From NCBI RefSeq assembly GCF_009914755.1, contig NC_060942.1: a DNA stretch of 64,000 bases; one strand, given 5' to 3'. Every line of letters begins with the position of its first letter. Position 1 is the stretch's first letter. Below the pieces are notes generated by a model, which had not been told where the DNA came from, made no database searches, and was given only the letters and a program-made list of their open reading frames with translations. Both the position numbers and the translations under genes were made by a program. Positions 12,747 to 29,065 of this stretch are shown here, one piece after another. The stretch comes from the human T2T-CHM13v2.0 reference genome, Homo sapiens.

Positions 12747-13904
12747 TTTTAAATGAAAATCAATAATCAGCTCCATCAGCTTCAGCTGTAACACAGATAG
12801 CTTTTTTTTTTTTTAAGGTACAGAAGTAAAAGGGTGGTTTTAAGGAGGAGCAGCCCATGAATGTGAGCCGGGTGGGCGCATTTCTTTTTTCTGACTGAAC
12901 CAATAGATGTTAGAGCCAGAGTGGCATTTGTTTGCCAACCACAGGGGCTAGCGTGGTGAATGCGAGAGTATCTTTATGCGGTCATTGGTTTTAGAAATCT
13001 CCAACCCAACTCCTCCACTTACTGCTGTTCAAAGAATAGCTTCCAAATCAAGATTTAAAAGAGTTATTCTTCCAGTAATTTAAGGTAATGTCCTGGATGT
13101 TCATCATAGGTACTCTGGAAGGGCTGAGCAGGCTGGGCCTTAGTATGGGGCAGGATGCATGGGAGGCTAAGCCTGGTGGACTTCTAGGAGGCAGCATGTC
13201 TCTGAACTGTTAGCTTTAATTTGTCTCATGTGAGATGAGAATTGAGAGGAGGGTTTAGCAATATTGGCAGTGTTTGTAAACGTTTGTGATGTTATGTGAC
13301 ATTGCCAGTTGACATTGGCCAACTGACTCATTGACCAGTCTAGGTATCCACGAACTTGTCTCCTGAGCCACCTACGATTTCTATACAACCCACGTGTATT
13401 AAGGTTTGTCAGCTGTAAGCCAATGGAGTATACAATTATGGAATTCTTTCTTTTCATCAAATGAAGTTTTAACTACAATTTGTCAAGGTAAACTGTGGCA
13501 ATGGAATCCTGATGAAGGACTGGACATGAATAAAGCACCATTTGCTTTAATTTGGATACAACTTAAAGAGGAATAGCCTGAGCTTGATGAGTTTACTTTA
13601 TAATCTTTTTCAGATCCCATCAACATGTCTCTGAGAGTGTTCTGTCTACTATGTGTTATTACAACAAAACATAGAAATCATTTAGGGAGACATTTTCCTC
13701 TACGAGTGCGGTTGTTGCTCAATTAGATCAGCCAGAAAAAAACCGATTTGTCATATTCAAAATACTAAATATTGATATACACAGTGTTAATTTATTATGT
13801 TATATAAAAGCATTGATTTGCAAGGTTTCAAAATTAAAAACAAAACTGAGCTTCACCACAATTTGAGAGCCACTGCTCTAATGGGAATTCCCAGGCAGGG
13901 ATGG

Positions 13905-13910
<6 letters not shown>

Positions 13911-13936
<26 letters not shown>
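13911..13936. repeat. (GT)13 microsatellite
   Basis: Direct reading. Confidence 0.97.
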
Positions 13937-15416
13937 AACTGTGTAGCCAAACATAAAGGGAAGAGATAAAACAGCTCCCTTTCAGCAATAAAACCACAAT
14001 TGTGTTGGATAATTATATATTGCACAGTCTCCATCGTAAACAAAAACAATTTGTTTCCATTTTGGTTGAAATGAAAACTAACTATTTCTCTTTTCCAGGC
14101 TGGCTTTGCTGCCTGGTCAGTGAGCTCAGGCCACTAATGAATGGCTGGCATCCCAGCGTCTACCCACAAAAGACCCACTCTGACCTCCCAGAGCGAAACC
14201 CCACTGTTTAAAGGGCACAGAGGGCAAAGCCCTGGTGGCTTCCCTCCTTCCCTCCCTCCATCTCACACCCGTCTTCCTGTAAACCTTTTTGCTTGTAGAG
14301 AACCTGCCTAGAAGGTGAGCATGGCCCAAAGTATGCCCCGACCACCACAGAAAGGCATTGCACCCAGCGCAGCTCTGGGGAAAATCGGAGCCTCCACCCA
14401 ATAGCCCGAAGCCCGCCCTTTCCTTTGGAATCCACTAGTCCTAGGCCTGGCCGTTGAACTTTGGTTTTAATTTGCTCGTGCCACAGGGTGACTGACATGG
14501 GTTTTTTCCTTCTTGCTAGAATACAATTGCAAAGCGAGTCTTCATGTCCATGATGAGGAGGCCCTCTATGGAACTCTGTGTCATTTGGAAGATCCCCAGT
14601 GGTGATGGGTAAGAATAACAGCTGGCAGTGGGCCTTCCAACAGGTCTTTGGGGAAGGCAGAATTTAGAGCTGGGGGCCTCTGATCATGCTAGTCCCTCAC
14701 ACACCATTTCTCAGCGTGCCCTGAAGGGCAGAGTCAGTAAATGTGACCCCAAAGTCTGGAAGAAGGCATTCCCGTTTCTCTGGTTTAGAAAGGGGCTGCA
14801 GGCCAAGATAAGAGACCATTTGGAATGTGTCAGTTTGTGACTTTCACAACGTCCAATTAATTTGTCTTCTTTAATGTGTAAACTGCCAACATGACTTCCT
14901 GATTCTCTCATCTTTCTCGATTTCCCTTTTCATGGGATTTCTGAAAAGGGGTGACCCGTTGGTTTGTTGAGCACTCGTGGGTCACAGTTATGGGTAGAAA
15001 CCAGGTCCCTTTAAGTGAAAGCTCACTGGCTTCACCTGGCCTGTCCCCCTGCCTGTATTTTGCTGGAAAAGCCTCCTTGGGATCACCACTGATGAGCGTA
15101 TCATGCCACCATAGGATTTGATGCCTATCACTTGGTCTTCAATCCATCAAAAGAAAGGTGCTGGTCTCTGGTCCTGCCTGGAGTCAATGCAGACCTCAGC
15201 ATTTGCTCTACTTTAAATTTTCTCTGAAGGTGAAGACAATGCTGCATCAAGCCAACCTACAAGTCCCTGCCCAGGGGAAGGTGTATTGCAATACGAGGCG
15301 CCCTAAAACCCATCCATAACCTTGGTGGATTCCACAAAATGAAAAATACTATAAGCTGCCGTTACACACGCTCTCCAATGCAAATTCCCTTCCCTAAAGA
15401 TGCAGCTTATTTTCTT

Positions 15417-15422
15417 TTTATT
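15417..15422 (-). terminator. Candidate polyadenylation signal AATAAA
   Basis: Plus strand reads tttatt, about 750 nt downstream of the stop codon. Confidence 0.7.
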
Positions 15423-15528
15423 GTATTTAATTCCGAAAGAATGGTCACACTTCTTTGCTAGGTAGGCAAGATGTTCCGGAGGACACACTAGAGAAAGCAC
15501 CACTCCCCACCCTAACCCACATCCCCAA

Positions 15529-15806
15529 CACACTCACCTGCCCACACTCACACAATCACATACACATGCCTACACTTATATACACATGCTGACACCCGTG
15601 CACTCATGTGCACACACTCATTCACACTCATACATATTCACACTCAGGCATACTCATACTCCTCATGAGCACACCACACTCACCTGTGCACACTCACCTG
15701 TGCACACTCACACACATGCAGACACTCATGGGCACACTCACACATGCTCACATGCTCATTTGCACCCAGACACAGGCATACACATCATTTGTATGCACAC
15801 ACGCAC
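15529..15806. repeat. Degenerate (CA)-rich tract within the DIPK1C 3' UTR
   Basis: About 280 bp of cacact/cacatg-type low-complexity sequence. Confidence 0.9.
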
Positions 15807-16173
15807 ACTTTTTAACGTGGTAACGATTTACAGGAAAGAACAGCTGGAACTCGTGCTGGGATAACCAGGTACAAGTGCTCTCTGCAGAGAATAAGTGCAC
15901 ACAGGTTGGTGTCTTCTGACCGAGAGCCCTCCTGAAGGGAGGTCTGTACCTCCTCCCTCATCTCATTTTACACAAGGCGACAGGTCAGAGGCCAGGGTGG
16001 GACGAGAGCGAGGGAGCACTGTCTCTGGCAGCAGCACTTGCCACTCCACAATGTGGAGACCAGAACGGCACCCCAGAGAGCACAGGGGAAATGGCTCATC
16101 TTTAAAACAATGGCAGAAGAAATCCAGCCAAGGTCACTTTTCCTGTGTGAGCATGTTTAAGGCCAGAGAGTGG

Positions 16174-16479
<306 letters not shown>

Positions 16480-17564
16480 TCAGCTTCTCTCCCACCCCCA
16501 CCCCCGTCCTTCAGGGAGCACACTCCAGAGACCATCCGATTTGGAAACATGCCTTCACTTCTGCCCCTTAAACCCTTCAGCACCATGAACAAAAGACGCC
16601 TCCGAGAGGAGAAGCCAACATCTGTGTGAGGCAGAAACTTCCCTTTCCAGCCCCCTAGCAGATGGACAAAGTTCTGGGTGACACTGTAAAAGGACTGGAC
16701 ACATTTCTAGGGAGGAAGGGAAGCAGAAGTCACAGACAGTCACTGCTGCAGAAGGAGTTGGTCCTTTGCAGGCCTGAGGGAGGCCGGCTTTGCTGTTACC
16801 ACCTGGAGATGAGGTTTCTTATCCACAAGCTGGTCCTAGTGACAACAATGACCATCTGACCGGGCTGTCCAGAGGGCCAAATGGTGCGTGAGGGAGAAGT
16901 GTGTGAACTTGTATGGCTGCCTGTATAGCACTTTAAGGCTCATGAAACAAAGGCATATTTGACAGAAAAGACTGCAGGCATAAGGCTCTTTGAAGGCTCT
17001 GTGAAATGTGTTATTCTAGGAGCAGAGGTAAAAATTAGACACTCTCTTTAATTCTAATCGGGTATGAAATTCAGTGATGCTGAGGATCACTAGAAATTTC
17101 TCCCTGTAAACATGTTGTTTGTTTTATAGCTCCTACAGCTTCCCCCACGCTGGGAGAAATGACCTGCGAGCTGCGTGATGCATCATGCTTTATTTCTCTA
17201 CATCACACTTTATATCAGACTCAATTAACAAATGCCTCCATTGTAAAGAGCTACTGCTTCATAGAGGACAAAAACCTTCAACTTCCATTTCACAATCCCT
17301 GCAAAAGCAAGGATTCTTTTCAAAACCTAATTATGGTTTTTTTAAAATAGAGAATACATTTTCATGTGCAAAATTTAAAATGTTCTTAAGGCTAGACCGT
17401 GATCTCAGGCTCCACCTCACCCCGATGCTCAGCTCCCGCTCTGAGAATGAGACATTCTTTGACATACACACTTCCTTTTCCTTTCATTTTACACACAGGT
17501 AATATATTGTACACACTGTTCTCAAATTTCCACCCCCATTTATATGAGGGAGATCCCTCCAAAT

Positions 17565-17864
17565 TGATTTCTTTTTCTTTTTGAGACAAGGTCTCACTCT
17601 GTGACCCAGGCTGGAGTGCAGTGGTGCCATCTTGGCTCACTGCAACTTTGACTTCCTTGGTTCAAGCGATCCTCCTGCCTCAGCCTCCTGAGTAGCTGGG
17701 ACTACAAGGGCATAGCACCATGCCTGGCTAGTTTTTGTATATTTTGTAGAGACAGGGTTTTGCCATGTTGCCAACACTGTTCTTGAACTCCAGGGCTCAA
17801 GCGATTCACCTGCCTTGGCCTCCCAAAGTGCTGGGACTACAGGCATGAGCCACCACGCCCAGCC
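17565..17864 (-). mobile_element. Alu (AluJ-type)
   Basis: Alu body with TSD atccctccaaat at 17553-17564 and 17865-17876. Confidence 0.93.
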
Positions 17865-18377
17865 ATCCCTCCAAATCAGTTCTTATGAGGATATCCCATG
17901 TGATTTAATGGCTACTTCTAAAATGTGTGCGTGTGTCGTAAGTTATTTAACCAGTTCCCTATTGATGGACTTGAGGTTGCATAATAACTTTTGCATTATG
18001 AATAATACTGCAATAAATGTCTTGCAGATATATGCTATTGCATTTTGTGCATGTGACTACATTTCTAGAAATAGGATTTCTGGGTCAAAGGGCACGTGCA
18101 TTTTTTGTTTTGATAGATGTGTTAAATTGACTCCATAAAATTTCTACTCATTTACACTCCCCGGCAATGTATCCAAGACTGCTCGTCCTCCCTTAGCCTC
18201 TCCAACGCAAACGCCACAGATTCATTTTGCCAACAGGTGGGTGAAAATGGTTTAATTTGCATCTTTCTTAGTTTGAGAGTTATTTGTGCTTCCTTTTCAA
18301 TGAATGGTCAAGTTTATATTTTTGGCCTTTGTTGTGTTCATTTGTAGATACTCTTTATATCTTAAGGATATTGCCCT

Positions 18378-18675
18378 TGCTTTAGGTTGGTTCCCCAGGA
18401 AGTAGACTCCAAGACGGAGGTTTGCATGCAGGGATTCTTTGAGGCCTGTCCTTGAGAACCACACTCCATGGAACTGAGGAAGAAGTAAATGTGTGGGGCT
18501 GGGGTGTCTCTATGGAGTTGTCCCTTAGTGAGGCATAGGGGGGCTTGGTGTTGGGCCCACCCTCTTTAACCAATCACTAGATGCTGCCCCTGGAAAGTGG
18601 GTCTCCCCTTGGCGAAGCCAGTCCTGGGGAGAATGAGCCCCAGCAGCAGGGAATAAGGCCCCTTCCACCCTCTAC
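18378..18675. mobile_element. Old LTR-like insert (MLT1-type, tentative)
   Basis: GC-richer block breaking the L1, starting ttaggttggttccccaggaagtagactc. Confidence 0.45.
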
Positions 18676-19204
18676 ATTCCTGGTCTATAAGAAGAACTAC
18701 AAATGTTTTGCAAATTTTCTCATTTAACTTTTAAATTTGCTCCTTTTTTTTGTAATTTTATTTATGCCAACATGGGTTTTTGTTTTTTGTTTTTTTTTTC
18801 TGAAAGATAATTAAATTTGTCAACTGTTTCTCTTAGGCTTTGTTCATACTTACAAAGGCCTTCTCTACACTAGAATAATATTTGAAACTCTCCCAGCTTT
18901 TTCTGGTACCTTAAAGATTTCATCTTTTTGTGTGTAAGTATCTGAGCCATCTGGAATCTAGTCTGAGGTTAGGAGGAGGGAGCTACCATGGTGTTTGTCA
19001 TGCCTGGCCAGCCAGTTTACCAGCACCGTTCACTATGCAACCCAGCTCTCCCTGCCTTGGTCTACAAGGCCCCCTTTATCAGGGCTAAATACCCGTATTT
19101 CATTAGTCTATCTCTGAGACAGTTTTTATTCCATTTCATTGATTTGTAAATTTATATAGAGCAAGAATTTTGGGGGTAATTTGGGTTCAAAATGCAGAAA
19201 ATTA

Positions 19205-19550
<346 letters not shown>

Positions 19551-19604
19551 AAAATTGTAATCCTACCTTCCATAAATACTTGCTTTTGACATTTTGGTAT
19601 ATAA

Positions 19605-19890
<286 letters not shown>

Positions 19891-21619
19891 GGGATCGTAT
19901 TGTAAATATTAATTTGTAACCTGCATTTTTTTCACCTAATAATGCTTCATATTTTCTCATATCCTTAAAGAAAATGTAATTTCATTTCTAGGACTGTATT
20001 CAAAGTCAATAACCAGATATGTGCACAAATAAAATTGCTCAGCTAAAGAGCATGGCTATGTCTAACAGCCACATCCCCTCAAGAGAGAAGTAATTCATTA
20101 CAATCACGTTAACAATATAGACACTTTTCTATTTCCCTGAAGCCTCAACTGTTAATTAATAGCATTTAAAGAACTATTCCCAATTGGTAAGTGAAATTTA
20201 CTATCATTGGATTTTAATCTGAATGTCTTTGAATGGTAAGATAAAATACTTTTCCAAGTTGTTTGGCCATTTGGATTTCATTGTTTGTGTATTCGGTGTC
20301 TGTTCTCCTGCCAATTTTCTGTGTGTTCCTCTTGCCCCTTAATGAATCGGTAAGAGCCCTTTCTACAGAAAGGGTATAAACTCAGCCTCTCGTTACATTG
20401 CAAAGAGCAGGCGTTTGTGTTCCCATTTTGAGGGTTGGGATCGCAAGGCGGTGGATGCTCAGGTGAAAGTTATCTTCTTCCCACAGCTCAAGAAGAATGA
20501 TTTCATGACGAACCCCATCAAGGGTGTGAGTCCACATTAAAGAGGCTGGGATGGAGACGCCTCTGAAAGCCACTACATTCCTAGGCTTCCTGAAAGGGGA
20601 ATTACTCAGTGATTCTTTGGCCCAGAAGGTCTGTGTAGACCCTGGGGTGGCAGAGTCGGGGTGTTTGTTTGGCCTGGCTGGGACCACTAGGTTAACAGCG
20701 GACCTGTCCCAGCCTTCCCAAATCATCCCCCATCACAGCCGATGCAGCACCATGCTGGGCTCCCCTCTCCTGCTCCCACCTTACCTGCGTTTTGGGTCTG
20801 CAGTGGGCTCACATTGGCCTTTCAGGTTTAAGGAATGAGGAGGACAAGCTACAGTGGAGGGCCCACTAGGGGAGCGGGTTGGATAGTGTGGGTCCAGAGC
20901 CTCTGTAAGCCATCGCATGCAACCAGGCCGTGGGGAAGGTCTGCCTAGACACTGTGGGGCCTCCTCCGGGTATGATCAGCACCTGTGGGCCCAGATGCAT
21001 CCTCCCTCACCTGAGAGCCTCAAGTGAGGGCAGAAGGAGACAGCTTCTGCCAAAAGAAGAGAGATGATCCAACCCCAGATGGGGGACCTGAGACCCGCCA
21101 GCTCTGAATGCCTGAACCCTGTATGTATTCCACTTGTAGCTGATCTCCTGGACTTGGCTCCTTTCTTCCTGTCTAAACCACCTCCTGGTCCTGACCTCTG
21201 GCCTGTCTGGATGGTGGTTTCTATCTAACCTCTAGTTAGGCCAGTGTCTCAGGACTGCTTTGCACCCTTCTCAGTATTATCTTTGATGGATTAGTCTCAG
21301 GATTCTCATAGTGTATGTGCCCATGTTTATGAGAGGTTGTAGATACGTGGGGTGGAGCCTGGGCAAGAGGAAGCCCAGCAGCCAGCTCTGCAGGGAACTC
21401 CCTCATCAGATGCCCCTGGTCGCCTGACCAACAACCCTGGGGGCAGGCAACCAAGAGCACGATTGTCCCATCCCCACCGTCCTGCCTTTATTGACCACAT
21501 CGATCCAGATGGATGGCCTGAAAAGGTCGACCTTGAGCTCCACTGAGGGTATCTGAAGAGCTAGCGGGCAGAAACAGCCAAAGAGCACCCTCTCCTCCCC
21601 CAGCCCTGGAGGACTCTCA

Positions 21620-21793
<174 letters not shown>

Positions 21794-21903
21794 TCAAAAC
21801 AGCACGGGGCTATCAAAGGGCTACTGGTGGGCTCTGCAGAGAGGGAGCCTGTTCACAACTTCTGTTCACCTCGTGCGGGTGCCACTGTCCAGGTCACAGG
21901 TGA

Positions 21904-22298
<395 letters not shown>

Positions 22299-24142
22299 TG
22301 CATTTTCTTTTACACAGGCAACTGTCATAGCTACAGCGGAAGGCTTTAACTGCAAAAAGGACCTCTGCAGCCATGGGTGAAAGCCCAGGATTTGGAACTA
22401 TCACCACAAGTATTGCTTTTCATCTTTAGACACTTTCTCAGCTTTGCAAGTAGAATCTCTGAGAGGCGTTATACATGAATTTCCCCTCTACTGCCTTATC
22501 ACTTGGGTCTGTGACCTTCAAGATTCAGGACTGTAAAAGCTGTAAGATACAGAGAACCTATTCCGTGAATACAAGCTATCCAGGGAAGCCACATTCGAGT
22601 GGCTGGTCTCCGGGTGTGATGGAGAAACTGAGGCGGGCAGTGCCTACGTTCTCTTCATGACACGTCTGTTACCTGAGTCAGCTGGCTTTGGACTGACCAG
22701 TCAGACGACAAAGTGGGGGAAATATCAAAGTTATCGAATTAGGACTGATACGCAGAGGCCCTGAACAGGAGCGACGCCTGAGTTCCACTGTCATTGTGAG
22801 AACCTGATGACCCCTGGAACTTCAGATTTATCTCCCTGGCATCCAACCAAACAGACTTCAAAACCAGAGAGAGAATAACTTCTAAATTATGCAGCTCTTC
22901 CTCCGCCACCTGGATGCAACAACAAAAACAGATGAGCTCAAACCTGAGAAAACCTGGAATCTGCCCAAATCAAGCCATTTATAGCTTCGAGGTATTAAAC
23001 AGCCACTAGGACAGTTGATGAATTTGATGGAGCCAGTGGCATTTCACAAGCCTTCACAGGTCAGCATCGAGATACCAGCCTTTCTGTCTCCCCCTGGGAG
23101 TTTCAAAAAGGGTTGCATTTGTTGTTCATTCCCTCTTCAATTCTACGCAGTCTGGGAGGCACCTTTTGGTTTTGGTTTTAGTTTTTCATTCAGGATTGAT
23201 GCTAGAAGGCAATGAAGTTTCTTAGGGATTATTTAGTAAAACAGAGTAGGGGGAATTATTTATTTCAAAATATGTGGAGAATAATGAAGATAAACAATAT
23301 AGACCTTTTCTCTATGTAAGGGGTTTTGTCTAATTACTAATTCAGGTGCTGTAAACAACTTCTCATTTTAATCTTTCCTATCCCATTATTTAGCCACAAC
23401 AAATAGCCGATTTCATTATTTACTCTGGTTAATAAGTGAATAAGGACTATGCTAATGAATCTCCCATCTTTATAATTCATTACTGGGGCTACACGACTCT
23501 TCTATTCTTTCTATGGTTTCTGCCGATCTCCCCAGCCTCCCCTGGGCCCCTACTCAGAATTTTAGCTTCTTGCAACTTCTCCTTCCCATTTCTGATAGTT
23601 TCCTTCTCATCTCCCAGGGAGAGCCAGGTTTATTTTTTAATTTTTAGTGTATGGGGTCTAGAATGGATTGCAGCTGTTATGAACATAACCCTATGCACCT
23701 AAAATAAGAACAGTATTAAAAAAAAAAACAGAAAAACCTACATCATGTTTCTTAATATCAGGAGAATCATAAAGTCCTTCCTGCATAAAATTACCTAACT
23801 TGCCTCATCTTCTTCAGACTTCCTCCTGGCATCAGAGGAGGAAGATGAATGAGAATTATTTCATTCTTCACCAAAAACTGTGGCCCTGGAGTAGGAAGCC
23901 ATACCATCTGTTGGAAAAGAGCACTGGCTGGCAATAGTTTCAGATCATGAAGGTTCCTAGTTATTCATTTACAGCCACTGGACACTTTCTCAAGATCTGC
24001 AAGTGGGCACCTGCCCTGCAGATGAGAGAATGACTGTGAATGACCAATTCTTACACCTCTGCTGGGAGGCGCCCCTTCCTTCTGCCAGGGCAGCCCAGCA
24101 ACCTGGGCTCAAAGGCAGGACCCACCCGCCGGGACTCTGAGA

Positions 24143-24310
24143 TCACTAGCTCTCAAACTTAAGCACATATGAGAATCGACTAGAAGCCTTGTTTTGAAGA
24201 CAGGGATTGCTGGCTCCCACCCCATCGTTTCAGATTCAATAGGTCTGGCGTGGCATCTGAAAGTTTGCATTTCTAAATGAGCTCTCTGGTGAAGCAGATA
24301 CTGTTGGTTT
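24143..24310. mobile_element. MER5A-like hAT element
   Basis: tctcaaactt...gattgctggctcccacccc...tttcagattcaataggtctgg...tttgcatttctaa. Confidence 0.75.
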
Positions 24311-26210
24311 TCACTTAAAAGTTGTACAGTCTTGGGTAAAATAACTCCTTGAACCTCAGGGTCTGCAAGAAGGGTCGAGAACCGGACTGGTGAAGGGGAC
24401 TCCTCCTGCCCTCCCCTCCCTATTCTTGTCCAGGCCAAGGCTGCAGTGGAGGTAAGAGCCCTGAGCGGTGCAGCACCAGCCGACAAAACACAGTCTGGGG
24501 CTAGGTTGAGGACGCATAGTCACGATTTCATTGAACAAATATTTTCTGCTGATGGTGTGCAAGATACTGGAGGCACAACTTAGGGGGCTCCCACAAACCA
24601 GTAACTGGATAATCAACAAGTATGTAGGTAAAAGCATCTGATGTCGCCCACTCGGCATCACAGACCCCATCAGCCCCAGCTCCTTCGAGAAGCAGATATC
24701 CTTGAAATTCCCTCAACAATTACAGCACCTTCTGGGTCCCACTCATTGATGCCCACTGATACCTGCTGGAGGAAGAAGGGAGTGACTGAGTGGCGAGAAC
24801 TGGCCCGCAGCTGCCCAGAGCTGGGGGTGGGGGTTGTACGTGGACACTCCCTGACTTCCTCCCCAAGGCCTTAGTGTGGCTGTGGGTCGTTTCCCCCCAA
24901 CACACATATCAGGACAGTGTCTGGGAGACGCACATGGCACTCAGGGAATTGCAGACGCGGGTGAGTTCCCCCAGAGCTGCCAGCCCAGCACACAGACCTC
25001 CTGGAACCTCCCAGAACCTCCTAGTTATTTCCTTGCCACACTTTGAGGCACCCGTAGGTTGTCAGCCCCTCCAGGGCAGCAGGGGGCAAGGCATTAGGAC
25101 AAAGCACTGAGGGTAAGATGTATGATGCCCTTCACAGGCATGAGGGCATGCTTAGAGAAGGGATTTACACCGGCAGCAAATTTAGTTTTCCAGCTGCTTT
25201 CAGAAGACCATGCCATTCCTATGCCACCTGCCTTGGAGGCCATGACTGGCAGTCACAGTGCCTGCTTTTTGTCCTTTTATGTTGCAACCATGCTGAAGAG
25301 CACGACCCCACCATGAGCCAGGCTCCACAGTGACCAGCATGCCCAGGTGACGAGCTAAGCTGGTCTGGCCGTTCAGCTGCCGGCACTGGCCGCCTAAGAA
25401 TGAACTCGTTACAGCAGGTGGGGGAGCAGAGCACTCCGCCCTCCCCAAACCCATCCCGCACCCATGACATGCCTGCCAGTCTTATTACTACTTCCTGTTG
25501 GATGGTCCCAGCGACTGGCACAGCGTGAGGGCACTGGGATGATCGCAGCAGCATGAATCTGACCCATCAGTGTTCGCCTAGCTGGGTGAAGGGAGAGGGG
25601 TTTGTGTTACACGGAGACACTGAGGCTCCTGCTGCCGTTCTTGCACACCTCCCTGTTCTCACGCAGCTGCCTGGCCCCACGTGCCCCGTGGTGCGGTGAC
25701 AGATATTTCTACCTGGCAGGGCTTTCCCTTGTGGAAGGCACTAAAACCCCATTTGTTCCTCTAGAAGTCTTACATACGGAATGGAAACTGACTGGAACCT
25801 CTCCAGACAAAAAGCACTGGGAAAAGTTACATGTTGTCACAGAGCATGGGCAGCTTGAGAGCAGCCTCTCCACACCGGAGGCCATCCTCCCTCATCGTCT
25901 TCTGCAGCTCCTTGCCTCCTGCGGACTGTTTTCCGCACAAGTTAAACAGGCCCGCAGGAGAGGTTGCTGTTACGTGAGCTCAAAGCAGCCACAGAGCTCA
26001 GGTGAAGGAACCAGAGCAGCCCTCTGGGAGGACGAAGCTGGCCCGGCCTCTGCCTCCCACTGTGGGCTCCGTTCATTCAGATTCTCACTGGAGATGCATC
26101 TGTTCCTTACTAACACCCGGAAGGAAGTGTTCTGGTAGGTGGGAGTTCTCTAAGGCTGCAGAAGCGACAGTAGTTTGCTAACTCAGGCCAGGAGCTCAGA
26201 AACCTTCTCA

Positions 26211-27110
<900 letters not shown>

Positions 27111-28429
27111 TCAGCCAGTGAGTAATTCAGAGGAAGGTTAAAGGAGCCGCTCACAGTCATTACACGACTCAGTCAGGCCTAGGACGGGTCTACAGAATCA
27201 GGACACCTGCGGCCGGGAAGCACGACTTCCCATCGTTCAGCTGGGTGACTCCGGGAAAGCCAGAGGCCAGGAAACCAACAGGTGAAGGGGCTGGACCAGG
27301 CCAGTAGCTCTCGACTCTGCCTACACTTCAGGGTCACTGGGAGAGCTTCTAAGTCCCACATCTAAGCAGCTAGGTCAGGTCTCAGCAGAGGGGACCCCAG
27401 GAGCCCTATCTGCCCCCAGGCTTGACCGCAGTAATGACCCTTCCTGCAAGTACATTCCTTGAGCTTACTGTTTTCCACATGAAATGGAGTGCCCTATAAA
27501 GCTTGCAGGCTGCAGGTTTGCAGATGTTTAGAGGAGAAGCCTCTAGAGGACACATGAGTGGGCACAGGGCTCATGGCTGGTGACCTGGAGAAGAGGAGGG
27601 ACCAAGGAGGACCCATGCAGGATAAAAGAGTAGGGAGTGTTTGCATCTGAGCGGCGGTGAGCAAGGCTGTCCAGGAGCCCCCGGATGGGGTGTTTCTCCT
27701 AAACCTCAGGAGGCCTTAAGATGGAGCCACTAGGGGACCTGGCGACCTTCCCCACCACACCACAAATTCCCTGAGAAGCCCGTCCAGCCCGATAATCCTG
27801 CCAGAGGCAGGGAAGGAAGAAGTGCAGAATGGAAGGAAGGAGAAGACTGTCATCCTCTTCTCTCTTTTGTTTTTCAGAAAATCTAAACCATGGGACCACT
27901 TTGATTAGGGGTTGAGTGTATTTCCTAATCCCGCCCATTTCCCCGACAAATGAATCTTCCTCCATGTCAGCAAATAAAGGCCACTCTTCCTTCCAGGAAC
28001 TTCTATAGCACATGAAACAACAGAGTCACCCTCGTTCCTCTAAGGGCATGAGAAATACCAAATCCCAAAGCTGTTGTTCTCACCCCATTTCATTTGTGAG
28101 AAAGGACCTTGAAGGCTCAACAGTAGCAAAGGGCAGCTTGGTGCTGGGACAAAGGATGGGGCCAAGGGCCACCGAGCTTGGATTCCATGGTCTAACCACG
28201 CTGCCACATCCTTACCTGCTCTGGGCCTCAAACTCCTTCCTTGTGTCACACTCCCTGCCTCCCTGCATGATGATTGTACCGGCCAAGAGGGAAGTGTGTG
28301 TGCACACCACAGCGTATGCACGAGCACCAGGCATCAGGAGAGGCCTGGGAACAGCCTTGGGTTCATAATCAGATACTGCCCAGCCTCGCAGGTGGCTAGG
28401 TAGATCAGCTTTACCCATTCCAAGCAGAT

Positions 28430-29065
<636 letters not shown>

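Larger units (their letters stand above)
15400..16173 (-). other. DIPK1C: Probable DIPK1C 3' UTR (3' end approximate)
   Basis: Runs from the stop codon to the first AATAAA found downstream on the minus strand. The cleavage site is inferred about 15-20 nt past the signal. Confidence 0.7.
17450..19160 (-). mobile_element. Old L1 (L1ME-like) fragments interrupted by an Alu and an LTR
   Basis: Reverse L1 3'/ORF2 motifs: ctattgatggac, ggatttctgggtcaaagggca, gccatctggaat, ccagcaccgtt. Confidence 0.6.
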
